Source: an uncultured bacterium (GTDB taxonomy: Bacteria; Patescibacteriota; JABMPQ01; CAVVCK01). From it: 49,880 nt of DNA. The notes under the pieces are model-generated. The model ran no database searches. It was not told the DNA's origin and saw only the letters and a list, made by a program, of their open reading frames with translations. Where the stretch lies: contig CAVVCK010000002.1 of the NCBI GenBank assembly GCA_963746775.1, positions 497,656 to 547,535 on the forward strand, read 5' to 3'. Shown piece after piece: positions 45,833-49,880 of this stretch (position 1 is its first letter; every line of letters begins with the position of its first letter). The translations under genes were made by a program, and so were the position numbers.

Positions 45833-45872
45833 GAGTTCCTGCATTTATGCCTACCTGCGGGAACTCTTTTTT
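45833..45872 (+). terminator. intrinsic terminator
   Basis: gagttcctgc / gcgggaactc 10-bp stem (one G.U pair) followed by T6. Confidence 0.65.
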
Positions 45873-46056
45873 CATTTATGACTATTTTATTTCTTCAAAA
45901 AATATATTTGTAAACTTAGAAATTATATATGGTGGGAATTACTAGAAGAAGTTAGAACTTGTTTGAAAGAGAATAATGGTTTTAATTCGTATGCTTTTTC
46001 TTGAGTATTTATTTATGCAGCAACAAACTAAGTTTATTCTTAAGTAATAATATCAC

Positions 46057-46099
46057 AAAACCAAAGCAGCCTTTGCATAATTAAGGCTGCTTTGGTTTT
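46057..46099. terminator. bidirectional terminator, 16-bp perfect stem
   Basis: aaaaccaaagcagcct / aggctgctttggtttt. Confidence 0.7.
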
Positions 46100-46134
46100 A
46101 CACTATCCAGGAAAAGATAGTGCATTTTGGATCG

Positions 46135-46908
46135 CTATATTCTTAATATACTTGCTGCTACCTCAACACGACCAGCAAGCTCCAATATGTCTGGAGCTTG
46201 TACTTGATCGTGTGCTGTAGAGAAAGCATATATCTGATATACCTGTCGCAATATTAGTGCTACAGGAACCCAGTTAGCAATAAAGTTATAATCCTCCTCT
46301 GTTGCTCCATAACGACGATAATACAATGAGCGGATCTCAGGTAGAAAATAGATCTGTCGAAAATCTCCAGTTGGTATCACGGCTTGTGCGCACTTCAACC
46401 ATTGGATATCCTCGAGAGACCAGTCTTCCCCTATCTGAGCAATGTCAATGGTAGGAACACCACTCCGAGTAACTTGCATAATTTTTTCATATGCAAGTAC
46501 TGCTGATTGAGGAAATCCCAGAATAAAGCCGGTCAGAAGATCTGACTTGCCCTTGGTCCTTTTATACTGCCAAGCACCAGCAGCATTTTCTTGAACCGAA
46601 AGACTATCATCCCAGCCCGCTTTTTCAGCAAACTCCCGTTCCAGCCGTACTCTCTCATGAACCGCGGAGGGCACCATAAGCAGATCCCCCTCGAAAACTG
46701 TGGAGATACCCGCTTTTTCCAGAATCAGCTGAGCTTCTTGTTTCGACTGCTCCGAGACCCCCTCTAAAAGTAGTGCCGGTTTTACACCCAGAATGATTCC
46801 CAGCCATTCTCCAGGTTGTCTTCCTGGATTTTCCAGACATTCCATTATAGCACTAAACGTTTTTCCAATTCTTTCTCTTGCCAAGTGCCTCTTGATTTTC
46901 CCGAACAT
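46135..46908 (-). CDS. hypothetical protein
   Basis: 257 aa, about 45% GC, GAGAGGGGTGAG SD, and an upstream TTGACA-18-TATATT promoter on the minus strand. No family recognised. Confidence 0.55.
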   Translation of the reverse strand: MFGKIKRHLARERIGKTFSAIMECLENPGRQPGEWLGIILGVKPALLLEGVSEQSKQEAQLILEKAGISTVFEGDLLMVPSAVHERVRLEREFAEKAGWDDSLSVQENAAGAWQYKRTKGKSDLLTGFILGFPQSAVLAYEKIMQVTRSGVPTIDIAQIGEDWSLEDIQWLKCAQAVIPTGDFRQIYFLPEIRSLYYRRYGATEEDYNFIANWVPVALILRQVYQIYAFSTAHDQVQAPDILELAGRVEVAASILRI

Positions 46909-47098
46909 ATCTCACCCCTCTCTTGTCTCCATTTAACAAGCCGCTAAATATACATCATTTTTATATAAAATGTCAAGCCAATAAAAAGAAACCTATTAAT
47001 TTAGGCTTCTTTTTATTCCACAGAATACAAGTTAGTTATATTCTCTGGGGATTTAGAGACTCATGTGGTTTTGAAAATAACCAGGGAGGGTAGGAGTT

Positions 47099-47872
47099 CT
47101 AGTCGTCCTCGTCATAGGGATCGACATCAGGGTTTATTTCGAAAAACGTTGTCTCCTCATCCTTATGACAAGCAAGGCAGGTCTCTATATGCGCATCGCA
47201 TATAACCTCTATATCACCTGGAAGACGATAATCCTCAAGAAAGCAGAAGTCCTCACAAGTCATGGACTGGGGGTCACTTCGTAGCTTTTGGAAAAGACGC
47301 TCACAGGCTTCGTCACAATCCAGCTTATCGTCTTCACTTTCCTCTTCTTCAAATCCCGGACCATCCTCGCCACCCAGAAACATTTGAAGATTAAGCTTGC
47401 GCTCCCGAGGTGTCTCCTTGGACAAGGCTTCGTGGAATCTGGCCACGTACTCGACAAACATGATGCCCAGCTGATAGTAGACTCCGGGCGGGAACTCTCC
47501 GATTGCAGCCATTTCCTCGAAATCGTGCACATCCCACTCTACACCAAATTGATCAATAATTATTTCCTCAATGTTTCTCCATGCCCACTTACAACCCTCT
47601 TCGCTCACGTCTTGAACTGAGAGTCCGGTCGACTCTTGGAGATCGTCATCACATACCAATAACAGAGCATGATCGAGAGCAATGAAGTAGCGCTTCCCTG
47701 CTCCCAGGAATAGCTTATCCTCTGGATCATCAACAGGTAAACCCCTCCCAAATAACAAAGGAAGTAGTTCCTGACCAACTGCAAAGAGCTGCTCCTGATG
47801 CTCCTCTTTCCGAGATAGCACCAGTTCTAGTCTACCTCTACATGAGTCCCACAAGGTACGAAAGCTTTTCAA
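47099..47872 (-). CDS. acidic hypothetical protein with C-terminal zf-HC2-like (anti-sigma type) Cys/His motif
   Basis: 257 aa with a TTG start 4 nt after GGAGG. The C-terminus CEDFCFLEDYRLPGDIEVICDAHIETCLAC fits C...L..Y.....H...C..C. Confidence 0.55.
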   Translation of the reverse strand: MKSFRTLWDSCRGRLELVLSRKEEHQEQLFAVGQELLPLLFGRGLPVDDPEDKLFLGAGKRYFIALDHALLLVCDDDLQESTGLSVQDVSEEGCKWAWRNIEEIIIDQFGVEWDVHDFEEMAAIGEFPPGVYYQLGIMFVEYVARFHEALSKETPRERKLNLQMFLGGEDGPGFEEEESEDDKLDCDEACERLFQKLRSDPQSMTCEDFCFLEDYRLPGDIEVICDAHIETCLACHKDEETTFFEINPDVDPYDEDD

Positions 47873-48194
47873 GGTTCCTCCTCGCTCGCAATTTAGTTAA
47901 TTTTTTCTACGAGCCCACCCGAGAATATGAATTTTAATATTCTCGGGTGGATAACGGAGAAACCTAGAACTTGCTCAACTGCATATTTAGACAGATTTAT
48001 ATAAATTTGTCAATAACAATAAACCCGATCTTTTGTCATTTGATACAAGATATCATTAGGATATTATAGTTATAGAGAACAATAAAACTTGATCGTGTCA
48101 CATGCTACCACCATAAATATTGTAACAATTGTATGAAAATGTATTTTTTGTTATGATTAATGTAAATATATAAATAGTAAATAATTCTAAAACA

Positions 48195-49748
48195 ATGAAA
48201 ACAACCTGGCCTTACGTTTCAATCGCAAGACGTCTAAAGTCACTTATCACAATCAGTTGTGTTCTGGCTTTAATTTTTAGTTGTGTCGCCAGTTTCTTTA
48301 CTGTGCAAGAAGTAGCGGCGGCGGATTGGTCGACTGAAAAAGTCGACAGCATTGGAGATGTTGGTCAATATTCTTCGATAGCAATTGATTCTTCAGGAAA
48401 CCCACATATTAGTTACTATGATTACACAAATGATGATTTAAAATACGCTTACAAATCAGACAATACCTGGCATACAGAAACAGTAGTGGATAGTATAGGA
48501 TATTCTAGTTCTTCCACTTCTATTACTCTTGACTCTTCCAATAATCCCCATATTAGTTATTACTACCATACAACGAGTAGCCTTAAATACGCTTATAAAT
48601 CAAGTGGTACCTGGCATGTGGAAACAGTGGATAGCGCAGGAGATGTTGGATCATATGCCTCTCTTGCCCTTGACTCTTCCAACAACCCCCGTATTAGTTA
48701 TTATGATAGTACTAACGATAATCTCAAATATGCCTACAAATCAAGTGGTATTTGGCATACGGAAACAGTTGGTAGTATAGGGTATACTAGTTATTCCACC
48801 TCTCTTGCCCTCGATTCTTCTAATAATCCCCATATTAGTTATTATTATGATATAAATGATGATCTTAGATACACCTATAAATCAGGCGGTACCTGGCATA
48901 CGGAAACAGTAGATAGCGCAGGATATGTTGGATGGCATGCCTCCCTTACTCTCGATCCCTCTAATAGGCCTCATATTAGTTATTATGATTATACAAACAC
49001 TAACCTAAAATACGCTTATAAATCAAGCGGTACCTGGCACACAGAAATGGCAGGTAGTACGGGACCTGTTGGTTTCCAAACTTCTCTTTCTCTTGATTCC
49101 TCTAATAATCCCCATATTGGTTATTATAATGATGCAGGTTTTGATCTTAAATACACTCATAAATCAAGCGGTACCTGGCATGCGGAAACAGTGGATAGCG
49201 CGGGAGATGTTGGCAAATATACTTCTCTTGCCTTAGATTCCTCCGATAATCCCCATATTAGCTATTATGATAATACAAATGACGATCTTAAATACGCTAC
49301 AAAAGAAAATGATTCCTCTGACGATTCCAGTGATGACTCTTCTGACGATTCCTCTGACAATTCCTCCGACGATTCCTCTCAAGACGGCGACACTTCCCCT
49401 GATGGCGGCGTCTACGATGAACGTACAGACTCTGAAGGCAACGGCGTTCTAGTGGACTTGAATCCTAAAATCCTAACTACCTCCGGCCCTGGCGAGCCAG
49501 CTCGGCTGCAAGCTTATTCCAAAGGAAATACTGATGGCTCTAATTCTCTTCTGGATAATGATATTACCGGCCTTTTTCCTGATTCTTACACCGGTGGCGC
49601 CGGAATAGTTCCTATTGATTACAATAATAATACTGTCCTCGATCAATTCCTCATCTTTGCTATTAATAATGGCGGTCCTCAAGCCAGAGTGATGGGATTA
49701 AAAGCAGATGGGTTCTCTATCTTCCTTGGGGCAACAATTTGTCTTTGA
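48195..49748 (+). CDS. surface protein: seven ~47-aa propeller-type repeats, Ser/Asp linker, FG-GAP-like C-terminus (3' end disrupted)
   Basis: N-terminal anchor LITISCVLALIFSCVASFF. Seven copies of WHTETVDS.GDVG.Y.SLALDSSNNPHISYYD.TNDDLKYAYKSSGT, then DSSDDSSDDSSDDSSDNSSDDSS, then GGPQARVMGLKADG. Confidence 0.75.
   Translation: MKTTWPYVSIARRLKSLITISCVLALIFSCVASFFTVQEVAAADWSTEKVDSIGDVGQYSSIAIDSSGNPHISYYDYTNDDLKYAYKSDNTWHTETVVDSIGYSSSSTSITLDSSNNPHISYYYHTTSSLKYAYKSSGTWHVETVDSAGDVGSYASLALDSSNNPRISYYDSTNDNLKYAYKSSGIWHTETVGSIGYTSYSTSLALDSSNNPHISYYYDINDDLRYTYKSGGTWHTETVDSAGYVGWHASLTLDPSNRPHISYYDYTNTNLKYAYKSSGTWHTEMAGSTGPVGFQTSLSLDSSNNPHIGYYNDAGFDLKYTHKSSGTWHAETVDSAGDVGKYTSLALDSSDNPHISYYDNTNDDLKYATKENDSSDDSSDDSSDDSSDNSSDDSSQDGDTSPDGGVYDERTDSEGNGVLVDLNPKILTTSGPGEPARLQAYSKGNTDGSNSLLDNDITGLFPDSYTGGAGIVPIDYNNNTVLDQFLIFAINNGGPQARVMGLKADGFSIFLGATICL
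48327..49310 (+). repeat. 7 x ~141-bp tandem coding repeats
   Basis: 984 nt covering seven protein repeats. The DNA-level similarity is visible by eye, for example aataatccccatattagttattat recurring. Confidence 0.8.
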
Positions 49749-49880
49749 CTCATCTATCCGAGACGGACTATCGCCACCTCCGGTGACTTTGATAATGACG
49801 GCTACAAGGATGACGCTGCTTTGCTGTACCCAGGGCACATTAGATGATAAAAATGAAAAAATGAAGTGTACACACAACAT

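Noticed and set aside
49746-49748. In-frame TGA as evidence for an alternative genetic code (UGA = Gly or Trp, as in some CPR lineages or Mollicutes)
   Set aside because: All conserved genes in the window (gyrA, ftsH, pnp, PBP, tilS, rnc) are full length under the standard code with no internal TGA. The local pattern is better explained by frameshifts.

Overview
This is an AT-rich bacterial chromosomal segment, roughly 25-35% GC by eye for most of its length. The small housekeeping gene set, many short orphan ORFs, mostly Shine-Dalgarno-less starts and secreted FG-GAP fusion proteins fit a Candidate Phyla Radiation / Patescibacteria-like genome; that assignment is inference only. Confident genes are rfbD, rfbB, rpsO, pnp, a class A PBP, ftsH, tilS, rpsA, gyrA, rpmF, nusB, rnc and prs. 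Also present are Nudix, HIT, HD and cupin accessory genes, a bactofilin, an O-antigen-ligase-like protein, an Smr protein, and a GT4 glycosyltransferase that is split in two. There are two RNA genes: tRNA-Gly(UCC), and a tRNA(CAU) interrupted by a 618-nt group I intron carrying an HNH ORF on the opposite strand. Non-coding highlights: (1) five perfect parS-type palindromes within 2.3 kb, next to two perfect DnaA boxes and a consensus promoter; (2) a 4-copy MITE-like inverted-repeat family, one copy of which splits the glycosyltransferase; (3) a GC-rich structured island between rpsA and tilS; (4) a long hairpin in the pnp leader. An orphan six-ORF operon of highly charged proteins lies at 27.7-32.1 kb. 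From about 43.65 kb to 47.95 kb, plus an islet at 41.15-41.63 kb, both composition and translation signals switch to about 40-45% GC with strong SD sequences, which suggests foreign DNA or a chimeric assembly. I recognised no rRNA, CRISPR array, transposase or integrase. All coordinates and motifs were read by eye, and no database search was possible.
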